NCBI GenBank assembly: GCA_964016885.1
Contig: OZ024744.1
Location: 116,126,001-116,190,000 of the forward strand
Reading direction: 5' to 3'
Length of the DNA stretch: 64,000 nucleotides
DNA from: Eledone cirrhosa
Lineage: Eukaryota
Under the pieces are notes generated by a model, which saw nothing but the letters and a program-made list of their open reading frames with translations, searched no databases and was not told where the DNA came from. The translations under genes were made by a program, and so were the position numbers. Below, in pieces: positions 1 through 16,000 of this stretch (position 1 is its first letter; each line of letters starts with the position of its first letter).

Positions 1-3000
1 CTCCCTATATATACAATGTCTCTCATATCTTGTCTCTCTCTCTATATATATATAATGTCTCTCATATCTTGTCTCTCTCTCTATATATATATAATGTCTC
101 TCATATCTGGTCTCTCTCTCTATATATATAATGTCTCTCATATCTTATCTCTCTCTCTATATATATATAAAGTCTCTCATATCTTGTCTCTCTCTCTATA
201 TATAATGTCTCTCATATCTTGTCTCTCTCTCTATATATATATAATGTCTCTCATATCTTGTCTCTCTCTCTATATATATAATGTCTCTCATATCTTGTCT
301 CTCTCTATATATATATAATGTCTCTCATATCTTGTCTCTCTCTATATATATAATGTCTCTCATATCTTGTCTCTCTCTCTATATATATATAATATCTCTC
401 ATATCTCGTCTCTCTCTCTCTCTATATATATAATGTCTCTCATATCTTGTCTCTCTCTCTCTCTATATATATAATGTCTCTCATAGCCTGTCTCTCTCTC
501 TCTCTATATATAATGTCTCTCATATCTTGTCTCTCTCTCTATATATATAATGTCTCTCATAACTTGTCTCTCTGTCTCTCTCTATATATAATGTCTCTCA
601 TAACTTGTCTCTCTCCTTATATATATAATGTCTCTCATATCTTGTCTCTCTCTCTATATATATAATGTCTCTCATATCTTGTCTCTCTCTCTCTATATAT
701 AATGTCTATCATATCTTGTCTCTCTCTCTCTATATATATAATGTCCCTCATATCTTGTCTCTCTCTCTATATATATATAATGTCTCTCATATCTTGTCTC
801 TCTCTATATATATAATGTCTCTCATATCTTGTCACTCTCTCTATATATATAATGTCTCTTATATCTTGTCCCTCTCTCTCTATAAATAATGTTTCTCATA
901 TCTTGTCCCTCTCTCTCTATATATATATAATGTCTCTCATATCTTGTCTCTCTCTCTATATATATAATGTCTCTCATATCTTGTCTCTCTCTCTCTATAT
1001 ATATATAATGTCTCTCATATCTTGTCTTTCTCTCTATATATATAATGTCTCTCATATCTTATCTCTCTCTCTCTCTATATATAAAATGCCTCTCATATCT
1101 TGTCTCTCTCTCTCTCTCTATATATATATATAATGTCTCTCATATCTTGTCTCTCTCTCTATATATATAATGTCTCTCATATCTTATCTCTCTCTCTATA
1201 TATATATATAATGTCTCTCATATCTTGTCTCTGTCTCTCTATATATATATAATGTCTCTCATATCTTGTCTCTCTCTCTCTCTATATATATGTAATGTCT
1301 CTCGTATCTTGTCTCTCTCTCTATATATATAATCTCTATCATATCTTGTCTCTCTCTCTCTCTATATATAATGTCTCTCATAGCTTGTCTCTCTCCCTCT
1401 CTCTCTATATAATGTCTCTCATATCTTGTCTCTCTCTCTATATATATATAATGTCTCTCATATCTTGTCTCTCTCTCACTATATATATAATGTCTCTCAT
1501 ATCTTATCTCTCTCTCTATATATATAATGTCTCTCATATCTTGTCTCTCTCTCTCTATATATATATAATGTCTCTCATATCTTGTCTCTCTCTCTATATG
1601 TATATAATGTCTCTCATATCTTGTCCCTCTCTCTCTATATATATAATGTCTCTCATAGCTTGTCTCTCTCCCTCTCTCTCTATATAATGTCTCTCATATC
1701 TTGTCTCTCTCTCTATATATATATATTCTCTCATATCTTGTCTCTCTCTCTATATATATAATGTCTCTCATATCTTGTCTCTCTCTCTATATACCTATAA
1801 TGTCTCTCATATCTTGTCTCTCTCTCTATATATATAATGTCTCTCATATCTTGTCTCTCTCTCTCTCTATATATATATAATGTCTCTCATATCTTGTCTC
1901 TCTCTCTCTATATATATAATGTCTCTCATATCTTGTCCCTCTCTCTCTATAAATAATGTTTCTCATATCTTGTCCCTCTCTCTCTCTATATATATAATGT
2001 CTCTCATATCTTGTCTCTCTCTCTATATATATAATGTCTCTCATATCTTGTCTCTCTCTCTATATATATATATAATGTCTCTCATATCTTGTCTTTCTCT
2101 CTATATATATAATGTCTCTCATATCTTATCTCTCTCTCTATATATATATAAAATGCCTCTCATATCTTGTCTCTCTCTCTCTATATATATATATATATAA
2201 TGTCTCTCATATCTTGTCTCTCTGTCTATATATATAATGTCTCTCATATCTTGTCTCTCTCTCTCTATATATATATAATGTCTCTCATATCTTGTCTCTC
2301 TCTCTATATATACAATGTCTCTCATATCTTGTCTCTCTCTCTATATATATATAATGTCTCTCATATCTTGTCTCTCTCTATATATAATGTCTCTCATATC
2401 TTGTCGCTCACTCTCTATATATATAATGTCTCTCATATCTTGTCTCTCTCTATATATATATAATGTCTCTCATATCTTGTCTCTCTCTCTATATATATAT
2501 AATGTCTCTCATATCTTGTCTCTCTCTATATATATATAATGTCTCTCATATCTTGTCACTCTCTCTTTATATATATAATGTCTCTCATATCTTGTCTCTC
2601 TCTCTCTATATATATATAATGTCTCTCATATCTTGTCTCTCTCTCTATATATACAATGTCTCTCATATCTTGTCTCTCTCTCTATATATATATAATGTCT
2701 CTCATATCTTGTCTCTCTCTCTATATATATATAATGTCTCTCATATCTGGTCTCTCTCTCTATATATATAATGTCTCTCATATCTTATCTCTCTCTCTAT
2801 ATATATATAAAGTCTCTCATATCTTGTTTCTCTCTCTATATATAATGTCTCTCATATCTTGTCTCTCTCTCTCTCTATATATATATAATGTCTCTCATAT
2901 CTTGTCTCTCTCTCTATATATATAATGTCTCTCATATCTTGTCTCTCTCTATATATATATAATGTCTCTCATATCTTGTCTCTCTCTATATATATAATGT

Positions 3001-6000
3001 CTCTCATATCTTGTCTCTCTCTCTATATATATAATGTCTCTCATATCTTGTCTCTCTCTATATATATAATGTCTCTCATATCTTGTCTCTCTCTCTATAT
3101 ATATAATGTCTCTCATATCTTGTCTCTCTCTCTATATACATATAATGTCTCTCATATCTTGTCTCTCTCTCTATATATATAATGTCTCTCATATCTTGTC
3201 TCTCTCTCTCTCTATATATATATAATGTCTCTCATATCTTGTCTCTCTCTCTCTATATATATAATGTCTCTCATATCTTGTCCCTCTCTCTCTATAAATA
3301 ATGTTTCTCATATCTTGTCTCTCTCTCTCTATATATATAATGTCTCTCATAGCTTGTCTCTCTCCCTCTCTCTCTATATAATGTCTCTCATATCTTGTCT
3401 CTCTCTCTCTCTATATATATAATGTCTCTCATATCTTGTCTCTCTCTCTATATATATAATGTCTCTCATATCTTGTCTCTCTCTCTCTATATATATATAT
3501 AATGTCTCTCATATCTTGTCTCTCTCTCTCTATATATATAATGTCTCTCATATCTTGTCCCTCTCTCTCTATAAATAATGTTTCTCATATCTTGTCCCTC
3601 TCTCTCTATATATATATAATGTCTCTCATATCTTGTCTCTCTCTCTATATATATAATGTCTCTCATATCTTGTCTCTCTCTCTATATATATATATAATGT
3701 CTCTCATATCTTGTCTTTCTCTCTATATATATATAATGTCTCTCATATCTTATCTCTCTCTCTCTATATATATAAAATGCCTCTCATATCTTGTCTCTCT
3801 CTCTCTCTATATATATATATATAATGTCTCTCATATCTTGTCTCTCTCACTATATATATAATGTCTCTCATATCTTATCTCTCTCTATATATATATATAT
3901 AATGTCTCTCATATCTTGTCTCTGTCTCTCTATATATATATAATGTCTCTCATATCTTGTCTCTCTCTCTCTCTATATATATGTAATGTCTCTCGTATCT
4001 TGTCTCTCTCTCTCTATATATATAATGTCTCTCATATCTTGTCTCTCTCTCTATATGTATATAATGTCTCTCATATCTTGTCTCTCTCTCTCTATATATA
4101 TAATGTCTCTCATATCTTGTCTCTCTCTCTATATATATATAATGTCTCTCATATCTTGTCTCTCTCTCTCTCTCTCTATATATATAATGTCTCTCATATC
4201 TTATCTCTCTCTCTATATATATAATGTCTCTCATATCTTGTCTCTCTCTCTATATGTATATAATGTCTCTCATATCTTGTCCCTCTCTCTCTATATATAT
4301 AATGTCTCTCATAGCTTGTCTCTCTCCTCTCTCTCTATATAATGTCTCTCATATCTTGTCTCTCTCTCTATATATATATATAATGTCTCTCATATCTTGT
4401 CTCTCTCTCTATATATATAATGTCTCTCATATCTTGTCTGTCTCTCTATATACATATAATGTCTCTCATATCTTGTCTCTCTCTCTATATATATAATGTC
4501 TCTCATATCTTGTCTCTCTCTCTCTATATATATATATAATGTCTCTCATATCTTGTCTCTCTCTCTCTATATATATAATGTCTCTCATATCTTGTCCCTC
4601 TCTCTCTATAAATAATGTTTCTCATATCTTGTCCCTCTCTCTATATATATATATAATGTCTCTCATATCTTGTCTCTCTCTCTATATATATAATGTCTCT
4701 CATATCTTGTCTCTCTCTCTATATATATATATAATGTCTCTCATATCTTGTCTTTCTCTCTATATATATAATGTCTCTCATATCTTATCTCTCTCTCTCT
4801 ATATATATAAAATGCCTCTCATATCTTGTCTCTCTCTCTCTATATATATATATATATAATGTCTCTCATATCTTGTCTCTCTCTCTCTATATATAATGTC
4901 TCTCATATCTTATCTCTCTCTCTATATATATATATAATGTCTCTCATATCTTGTCTCTGTCTCTCTATATATATATAATGTCTCTCATATCTTGTCTCTC
5001 TCTCTCTATATATATGTAATGTCTCTCGTATCTTGTCTCTCTCTCTATATATATAATGTCTCTCATATCTTGTCTCTCTCTCTATATGTATATAATGTCT
5101 CTCATATCTTGTCTCTCTCTCTCTATATATATAATGTCTCTCATATCTTGTCTCTCTCTCTATATATATATAATGTCTCTCATATCTTGTCTCTCTCTCT
5201 ATATATATATAATGTCTCTCATATCTTATCTCTCTCTCTCTATATATAATGTCTCTCATATCTTGTCTCTCTCTCTCTATATATATATAATGTCTCTCAT
5301 ATCTTGTCTCTCTCTCTATATGTATATAATGTCTCTCATATCTTGTCCCTCTCTCTCTATATATATAATGTCTCTCATAGCTTGTCTCTCTCCCTCTCTC
5401 TCTATATAATGTCTCTCATATCTTGTCTCTCTCTCTATATATATATATAATGTCTCTCATATCTTGTCTCTCTCTCTATATATATAATGTCTCTCATATC
5501 TTGTCTCTCTCTCTATATACATATAATGTCTCTCATATCTTGTCTCTCTCTCTATATATATAATGTCTCTCATATCTTGTCTCTCTCTCTCTCTATATAT
5601 ATATAATGTCTCTCATATCTTGTCTCTCTCTCTCTATATATATAATGTCTCTCATATCTTGTCCCTCTCTCTCTATAAATAATGTTTCTCATATCTTGTC
5701 CCTCTCTCTCTATATATATATAATGTCTCTCATATCTTGTCTCTCTCTCTATATATATAATGTCTCTCATATCTTGTCTCTCTCTCTATATATATATATA
5801 ATGTCTCTCATATCTTGTCTCTCTCTCTATATATATATAATGTCTCTCATATCTTGTCTCTCTCTATATATATAATGTCTCTCATATCTTGTCTCTCTCT
5901 CTATATATATAATGTCTCTTATATCTTGTCCCTCTCTCTCTATAAATAATGTTTCTCATATCTTGTCCCTCTCTCTCTCTATATATATAATGTCTCTCAT

Positions 6001-7663
6001 ATCTTGTCTCTCTCTCTATATATATAATGTCTCTCATATCTTGTCTCTCTCTCTATATATATATATAATGTCTCTCATATCTTGTCTTTCTCTCTATATA
6101 TATAATGTCTCTCATATCTTATCTCTCTCTCTCTATATATATAAAATGCCTCTCATATCTTGTCTCTCTCTCTCTCTATATATATATATATAATGTCTCT
6201 CATATCTTGTCTCTCTCTATATATATATAATGTCTCTCATATCTTGTCTCTCTCTCTATATATATATAATGTCTCTCATATCTTGTCTCTCTCTATATAT
6301 ATATAATGTGTCTCATATCTTGTCACTCTCTCTATATATATATATAATGTCTCTCATATCTTGTCTCTCTCTCTCTATATATATATAATGTCTCTCATAT
6401 CTTGTCTCTCTCTCTATATATACAATGTCTCTCATATCTTGTCTCTCTCTCTATATATATATAATGTCTCTCATATCTTGTCTCTCTCTCTATATATATA
6501 TAATGTCTCTCATATCTGGTCTCTCTCTCTATATATATAATGTCTCTCATATCTTATCTCTCTCTCTCTATATATATAAAGTCTCTCATATCTTGTCTCT
6601 CTCTCTATATATAATGTCTCTCATATCTTGTCTCTCTCTCTATATATATATAATGTCTCTCATATCTTGTCTCTCTCTCTCTATATATAATGTCTCTCAT
6701 ATCTTGTCTCTCTCTATATATATATAATGTCTCTCATATCTTGTCTCTCTCTATATATATAATGTCTCTCATATCTTGTCTCTCTCTCTATATATATATA
6801 ATATCTCTCATATCTCGTCTCTCTCTCTCTATATATATATAATGTCTCTCATATCTTGTCTCTCTCTCTCTATATATATGTAATGTCTCTCATAGCCTGT
6901 CTCTCTCTCTCTATATATATAATGTCTCTCATATCTTGTCTCTCTCTCTATATATATAATGTCTCTCATAACTTGTCTCTCTGTCTCTCTCTATATATAA
7001 TGTCTCTCATAACTTGTCTCTCTCCTTATATATATAATGTCTCTCATATCTTGTCTCTCTCTCTATATATATAATGTCTCTCATATCTTGTCTCTCTCTC
7101 TCTATATATAATGTCTATCATATCTTGTCTCTCTCTCTCTATATATATAATGTCCCTCATATCTTGTCTCTCTCTCTCTATATATATAATGTCTCTCATA
7201 TCTTGTCTCTCTCTATATATATATAATGTCTCTCATATCTTGTCTCTCTCTCTATATATATAATGTCTATCATATCTTGTCTCTCTCTCTCTATATATAT
7301 AATGTCCCTCATATCTTGTCTCTCTCTCTCTATATATATAATGTCTCTCATATCTTGTCTCTCTCTATATATATAATGTCTCTCATATCTTGTCACTCTC
7401 TCTATATATATAATGTCTCTTATATCTTGTCCCTCTCTCTCTATAAATAATGTTTCTCATATCTTGTCCCTCTCTCTCTATATATATATAATGTCTCTCA
7501 TATCTTGTCTCTCTCTCTATATATATAATGTCTCTCATATCTTGTCTCTCTCTCTATATATATATATAATGTCTCTCATATCTTGTCTTTCTCTCTATAT
7601 ATATAATGTCTCTCATATCTTATCTCTCTCTCTATATATATATAAAATGCCTCTCATATCTTG

Positions 7664-7697
<34 letters not shown>

Positions 7698-10600
7698 ATG
7701 TCTCTCATATCTTGTCTCTCTCTCTATATATATAATGTCTCTCATATCTTATCTCTCTCTCTATATATATATATAATGTCTCTCATATCTTGTCTCTGTC
7801 TCTCTATATATATATAATGTCTCTCATATCTTGTCTCTCTCTCTCTATATATATATGTAATGTCTCTCGTATCTTGTCTCTCTCTCTATATATATAATGT
7901 CTCTCATATCTTGTCTCTCTCTCTATATGTATATAATGTCTCTCATATCTTGTCTCTCTCTCTATATATATATAATGTCTCTCATATCTTGTCTCTCTCT
8001 CTATATATATATAATGTCTCTCATATCTTGTCTCTCTCTCTCTATATATATAATGTCTCTCATATCTTATCTCTCTCTCTATATATATAATGTCTCTCAT
8101 ATCTTGTCTCTCTCTCTCTATATATATATAATGTCTCTCATATCTTGTCTCTCTCTCTATATGTATATAATGTCTCTCATATCTTGTCCCTCTCTCTCTA
8201 TATATATAATGTCTCTCATAGCTTGTCTCTCTCCCTCTCTCTCTATATAATGTCTCTCATATCTTGTCTCTCTCTCTCTATATATATATAATGTCTCTCA
8301 TATCTTGTCTCTCTCTCTCTATATATAATGTCTCTCATATCTTGTCTCTCTCTCTATATACATATAATGTCTCTCATATCTTGTCTCTCTCTCTATATAT
8401 ATAATGTCTCTCATATCTTGTCTCTCTCTCTCTCTATATATATATAATGTCTCTCATATCTTGTCTCTCTCTCTCTCTCTATATATATAATGTCTCTCAT
8501 ATCTTGTCCCTCTCTCTCTATAAATAATGTTTCTCATATCTTGTCCCTCTCTCTCTCTATATATATAATGTCTCTCATATCTTGTCTCTCTCTCTCTATA
8601 TATATAATGTCTCTCATATCTTGTCCCTCTCTCTCTATAAATAATGTTTCTCATATCTTGTCCCTCTCTCTCTATATATATATAATGTCTCTCATATCTT
8701 GTCTCTCTCTCTATATATATAATGTCTCTCATATCTTGTCTCTCTCTCTCTATATATATATAATGTCTCTCATATCTTGTCTCTCTCTCTATATATATAA
8801 TGTCTCTCATATCTTGTCTCTCTCTCTATATATATATATAATGTCTCTCATATCTTGTCTTTCTCTCTATATATATAATGTCTCTCATATCTTATCTCTC
8901 TCTCTATATATATATAAAATGCCTCTCATATCTTGTCTCTCTCTCTCTATATATATATATATATAATGTCTCTCATATCTTGTCTCTCTGTCTATATATA
9001 TAATGTCTCTCATATCTTGTCTCTCTCTCTCTATATATATATAATGTCTCTCATATCTTGTCTCTCTCTCTATATATACAATGTCTCTCATATCTTGTCT
9101 CTCTCTCTATATATATATAATGCCTCTCATATCTTGTCTCTCTCTATATATAATGTCTCTCATATCTTGTCGCTCTCTCTCTATATATATAATGTCTCTC
9201 ATATCTTGTCTCTCTCTCTATATATATAATGTCTCTCATATCTTGTCTCTCTCTCTATATATATATAATGTCTCTCATATCTTGCCTCTCTCTATATATA
9301 TATAATGTCTCTCATATCTTGTCACTCTCTCTTTATATATATAATGTCTCTCATATCTTGTCTCTCTCTCTCTATATATATATAATGTCTCTCATATCTT
9401 GTCTCTCTCTCTATATATACAATGTCTCTCATATCTTGTCTCTCTCTCTATATATATATAATGTCTCTCATATCTTGTCTCTCTCTCTATATATATATAA
9501 TGTCTCTCATATCTGGTCTCTCTCTCTATATATATAATGTCTCTCATATCTTATCTCTCTCTCTATATATATATAAAGTCTCTCATATCTTGTTTCTCTC
9601 TCTATATATAATGTCTCTCATATCTTGTCTCTCTCTCTCTATATATATATATAATGTCTCTCATATCTTGTCTCTCTCTCTATATATATAATGTCTCTCA
9701 TATCTTGTCTCTCTCTATATATATATAATGTCTCTCATATCTTGTCTCTCTCTATATATATAATGTCTCTCATATCTTGTCTCTCTCTCTATATATATAA
9801 TGTCTCTCATATCTTGTCTCTCTCTATATATATAATGTCTCTCATATCTTGTCTCTCTCTCTATATATATAATGTCTCTCATATCTTGTCTCTCTCTCTA
9901 TATACATATAATGTCTCTCATATCTTGTCTCTCTCTCTATATATATAATGTCTCTCATATCTTGTCTCTCTCTCTCTCTATATATATATAATGTCTCTCA
10001 TATCTTGTCTCTCTCTCTCTCTATATATAATGTCTCTCATATCTTGTCCCTCTCTCTCTATAAATAATGTTTCTCATATCTTGTCCCTCTCTCTCTATAT
10101 ATATATAATGTCTCTCATATCTTGTCTCTCTCTCTATATATATAATGTCTCTCATATCTTGTCTCTCTCTCTCTCTATATATATATATAATGTCTCTCAT
10201 ATCTTGTCTTTCTCTCTATATATATAATGTCTCTCATATCTTATCTCTCTCTCTCTATATATATAAAATGCCTCTCATATCTTGTCTCTCTCTCTCTATA
10301 TATATATATAATGTCTCTCATATCTTGTCTCTCTCTCTATATATATAATGTCTCTCATATCTTATCTCTCTCTCTCTATATATATATATATATAATGTCT
10401 CTCATATCTTGTCTCTGTCTCTCTATATATATATAATGTCTCTCATATCTTGTCTCTCTCTCTCTCTATATATATGTAATGTCTCTCGTATCTTGTCTCT
10501 CTCTCTATATATATAATGTCTCTCATATCTTGTCTCTCTCTCTATATGTATATAATGTCTCTCATATCTTGTCTCTCTCTCTCTATATATATAATGTCTC

Positions 10601-13000
10601 TCATATCTTGTCTCTCTCTCTATATATATATAATGTCTCTCATATCTTGTCTCTCTCTCTCTATATATATAATGTCTCTCATATCTTATCTCTCTCTCTA
10701 TATATATAATGTCTCTCATATCTTGTCTCTCTCTCCCTATATATATATAATGTCTCTCATATCTTGTCTCTCTCTCTATATGTATATAATGTCTCTCATA
10801 TCTTGTCCCTCTCTCTCTATATATATAATGTCTCTCATATCTTGTCTCTCTCTCTCTATAAATAATGTTTCTCATATCTTGTCCCTCTCTCTCTATATAT
10901 ATATAATGTCTCTCATATCTTGTCTCTCTCTCTATATATATAATGTCTCTCATATCTTGTCTCTCTCTCTATATATATATATAATGTCTCTCATATCTTG
11001 TCCCTCTCTCTCTATAAATAATGTTTCTCATATCTTGTCCCTCTCTCTCTATATATATATAATGTCTCTCATATCTTGTCTCTCTCTCTATATATATAAT
11101 GTCTCTCATATCTTGTCTCTCTCTCTATATATATATATAATGTCTCTCATATCTTGTCTTTCTCTCTATATATATAATGTCTCTCATATCTTATCTCTCT
11201 CTCTCTATATATATAAAATGCCTCTCATATCTTGTCCCTCTCTCTCTATAAATAATGTTTCTCATATCTTGTCCCTCTCTCTCTCTATATATATAATGTC
11301 TCTCATATCTTGTCTCTCTCTCTATATATATAATGTCTCTCATATCTTATCTCTCTCTCTATATATATATATAATGTCTCTTATATCTTGTTTCTGTCTC
11401 TCTATATATATATAATGTCTCTCATATCTTGTCTCTCTCTCTCTCTATATATATGTAATGTCTCTCGTATCTTGTCTCTCTCTCTATATATATAATGTCT
11501 CTCATATCTTGTCTCCCTCTCTATATGTATATAATGTCTCTCATATCTTGTCTCTCTCTCTCTATATATATAATGTCTCTCGTATCTTGTCTCTCTCTCT
11601 ATATATATATAATGTCTCTCATATCTTGTCTCTCTCTCTCTCTATATATAATGTCTCTCATATCTTATCTCTCTCTCTATATATATAATGTCTCTCATAT
11701 CTTGTCTCTCTCTCTCTCTATATATATAATGTCTCTCATATCTTGTCTCTCTCTCTATATGTATATAATGTCTCTCATATCTTGTCCCTCTCTCTCTATA
11801 TATATAATGTCTCTCATAGCTTGTCTCTCTCCCTCTCTCTCTATATAATGTCTCTCATATCTTGTCTCTCTCTCTATATATATATATAATGTCTCTCATA
11901 TCTTGTCTCTCTCTCTATATATATAATGTCTCTCATATCTTGTCTCTCTCTCTATATACATATAATGTCTCTCATATCTTGTCTCTCTCTCTATATATAT
12001 AATGTCTCTCATATCTTGTCTCTCTCTCTCTATATATATATATAATGTCTCTCATATCTTGTCTCTCTCTCTCTATATATATAATGTCTCTCATATCTTG
12101 TCCCTCTCTCTCTATAAATAATGTTTCTCATATCTTGTCCCTCTCTCTCTATATATATATAATGTCTCTCATATCTTGTCTCTCTCTCTATATATATAAT
12201 GTCTCTCATATCTTGTCTCTCTCTATATATATATATATAATGTCTCTCATATCTTGTCTTTCTCTCTATATATATAATGTCTCTCATATCTTATCTCTCT
12301 CTCTATATATATATAAAATGCCTCTCATATCTTGTCTCTCTCTCTCTATATATATATATATAATGTCTCTCATATCTTGTCTCTCTGTCTATATATATAA
12401 TGTCTCTCATATCTTGTCTCTCTCTCTCTATATATATATAATGTCTCTCATATCTTGTCTCTCTCTCTATATATACAATGTCTCTCATATCTTGTCTCTC
12501 TCTTTATATATTTTATAATGTCTCTCATATCTTGTCTCTCTCTATATATAATGTCTCTCATATCTTGTCGCTCTCTCTCTATATATATAATGTCTCTCAT
12601 ATCTTGTCTCTCTCTATATATATATAATGTCTCTCATATCTTGTCTCGCTCTCTCTATATATATATAATGTCTCTCATATCTTGTCTCTCTCTCTATATA
12701 TACAATGTCTCTCATATCTTGTCTCTCTCTCTATATATATATAATGTCTCTCATATCTTGTCTCTCTCTCTCTATATATATAATGTCTCTCATATCTGGT
12801 CTCTCTCTCTATATATATAATGTCTCTCATATCTTATCTCTCTCTCTATATATATATAAAGTCTCTCATATCTTGTCTCTCTCTCTATATATAATGTCTC
12901 TCATATCTTGTCTCTCTCTCTCTATATATAAAATGTCTCTCATATCTTGTCTCTCTCTCTATATATATAATGTCTCTCATATCTTGTCTCTCTCTATATA
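1..13000 (+). repeat. Imperfect higher-order repeat, period ~6.3-6.8 kb (boundaries approximate)
   Basis: Near-identical spurious ORFs recur at 16/6425/12705 and at 2119/8885, 2463/9229, 2656/9422, 2925/9691 (offset 6766). The ATCTGG variant occurs near 107, 2747, 6516, 9513 and 12795. Confidence 0.75.
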
Positions 13001-16000
13001 TATATAATGTCTCTCATATCTTGTCTCTCTCTATATATATAATGTCTCTCATATCTTGTCTCTCTCTCTATATATATATAATATCTCTCATATCTCGTCT
13101 CTCTCTCTCTATATATATATAATGTCTCTCATATCTTGTCTCTCTCTCTATATATATATATAATGTCTCTCATAGCCTGTCTCTCTCTCTATATATATAT
13201 AATGTCTCTCATATCTTGTCTCTCTCTCTATATATATAATGTCTCTCATAACTTGTCTCTCTGTCTCTCTCTATATATAATGTCTCTCATAACTTGTCTC
13301 TCTCCTTATATATATAATGTCTCTCATATCTTGTCTCTCTCTCTATATATATAATGTCTCTCATATCTTGTCTCTCTCTCTCTCTATATAATGTCTATCA
13401 TATCTTGTCTCTCTCTCTATATATATAATGTCTCTCATATCTTGTCTCTCTCTCTCTATATATAATGTCTATCATATCTTGTCTCTCTCTCTCTATATAT
13501 ATAATGTCCCTCATATCTTGTCTCTCTCTCTCTATATATATATAATGTCTCTCATATCTTGTCTCTCTCTATATATATAATGTCTCTCATATCTTGTCAC
13601 TCTCTCTATATATATAATGTCTCTTATATCTTGTCCCTCTCTCTCTATAAATAATGTTTCTCATATCTTGTCCCTCTCTCTCTATATATATATAATGTCT
13701 CTCATATCTTGTCTCTCTCTCTATATATATAATGTCTCTCATATCTTGTCTCTCTCTCTCTATATATATATAATGTCTCTCATATCTTGTCTTTCTCTCT
13801 ATATATATAATGTCTCTCATATCTTATCTCTCTCTCTATATATATATAAAATGCCTCTCATATCTTGTCTCTCTCTCTCTCTCTCTATATATATATAATG
13901 TCTCTCATATCTTGTCTCTCTCTCTATATATATAATGTCTCTCATATCTTATCTCTCTCTCTCTATATATATATAATGTCTCTCATATCTTGTCTCTGTC
14001 TCTCTATATATATATAATGTCTCTCATATCTTGTCTCTCTCTCTCTCTATATATATGTAATGTCTCTCGTATCTTGTCTCTCTCTCTATATATATAATGT
14101 CTCTCATATCTTGTCTCTCTCTCTATATGTATATAATGTCTCTCATATCTTGTCTCTCTCTCTATATATAATGTCTCTCATATCTTGTCTCTCTCTCTCT
14201 ATATATATAATGTCTCTCATATCTTGTCTCTCTCTCTCTATATATATAATGTCTCTCATATCTTATCTCTCTCTCTATATATATAATGTCTCTCATATCT
14301 TGTCTCTCTCTCTCTCTATATATATAATGTCTCTCATATCTTGTCTCTCTCTCTATATGTATATAATGTCTCTCATATCTTGTCCCTCTCTCTCTATATA
14401 TATAATGTCTCTCATAGCTTGTCTCTCTCCCTCTCTCTCTATATAATGTCTCTCATATCTTGTCTCTCTCTCTCTATATATATATAATGTCTCTCATATC
14501 TTGTCTCTCTCTCTCTATATATAATGTCTCTCATATCTTGTCTCTCTCTCTATATACATATAATGTCTCTCATATCTTGTCTCTCTCTATATATATATAA
14601 TGTCTCTCATATCTTGTCTCTCTCTCTCTCTATATATATATAATGTCTCTCATATCTTGTCTCTCTCACTCTATATATATAATGTCTCTCATATCTTGTC
14701 CCTCTCTCTCTATAAATAATGTTTCTCATATCTTGTCCCTCTCTCTCTATATATATATAATGTCTCTCATATCTTGTCTCTCTCTCTCTATATATATAAT
14801 GTCTCTCATATCTTGTCTCTCTCTCTATATATATATATAATGTCTCTCATATCTTGTCTTTCTCTCTATATATATAATGTCTCTCATATCTTATCTCTCT
14901 CTCTATATATATATAAAATGCCTCTCATATCTTGTCTCTCTCTCTCTCTATATATATATATATAATGTCTCTCATATCTTGTCTCTCTGTCTATATATAT
15001 AATGTCTCTCATATCTTGTCTCTCTCTCTCTCTATTATATATAATGTCTCTCATATCTTGTCTCTCTCTCTATATATACAATGTCTCTCATATCTTGTCT
15101 CTCTCTCTCTATATATATAATGTCTCTCATATCTTGTCTCTCTCTATATATAATGTCTCTCATATCTTATCTCTCTCTCTCTATATATATAAAATGCCTC
15201 TCATATCTTGTCCCTCTCTCTCTATAAATAATGTTTCTCATATCTTGTCCCTCTCTCTCTCTATATATATAATGTCTCTCATATCTTGTCTCTCTCTCTA
15301 TATATATAATGTCTCTCATATCTTATCTCTCTCTCTATATATATATATAATGTCTCTTATATCTTGTTTCTGTCTCTCTATATATATATAATGTCTCTCA
15401 TATCTTGTCTCTCTCTCTCTCTATATATATGTAATGTCTCTCGTATCTTGTCTCTCTCTCTATATATATAATGTCTCTCATATCTTGTCTCCCTCTCTAT
15501 ATGTATATAATGTCTCTCATATCTTGTCTCTCTCTCTCTATATATATAATGTCTCTCGTATCTTGTCTCTCTCTCTATATATATATAATGTCTCTCATAT
15601 CTTGTCTCTCTCTCTCTCTATATATAATGTCTCTCATATCTTATCTCTCTCTCTATATATATAATGTCTCTCATATCTTGTCTCTCTCTCTCTCTATATA
15701 TATAATGTCTCTCATATCTTGTCTCTCTCTCTATATGTATATAATGTCTCTCATATCTTGTCCCTCTCTCTCTATATATATAATGTCTCTCATAGCTTGT
15801 CTCTCTCCCTCTCTCTCTATATAATGTCTCTCATATCTTGTCTCTCTCTCTATATATATATATAATGTCTCTCATATCTTGTCTCTCTCTCTATATATAT
15901 AATGTCTCTCATATCTTGTCTCTCTCTCTATATACATATAATGTCTCTCATATCTTGTCTCTCTCTCTATATATATAATGTCTCTCATATCTTGTCTCTC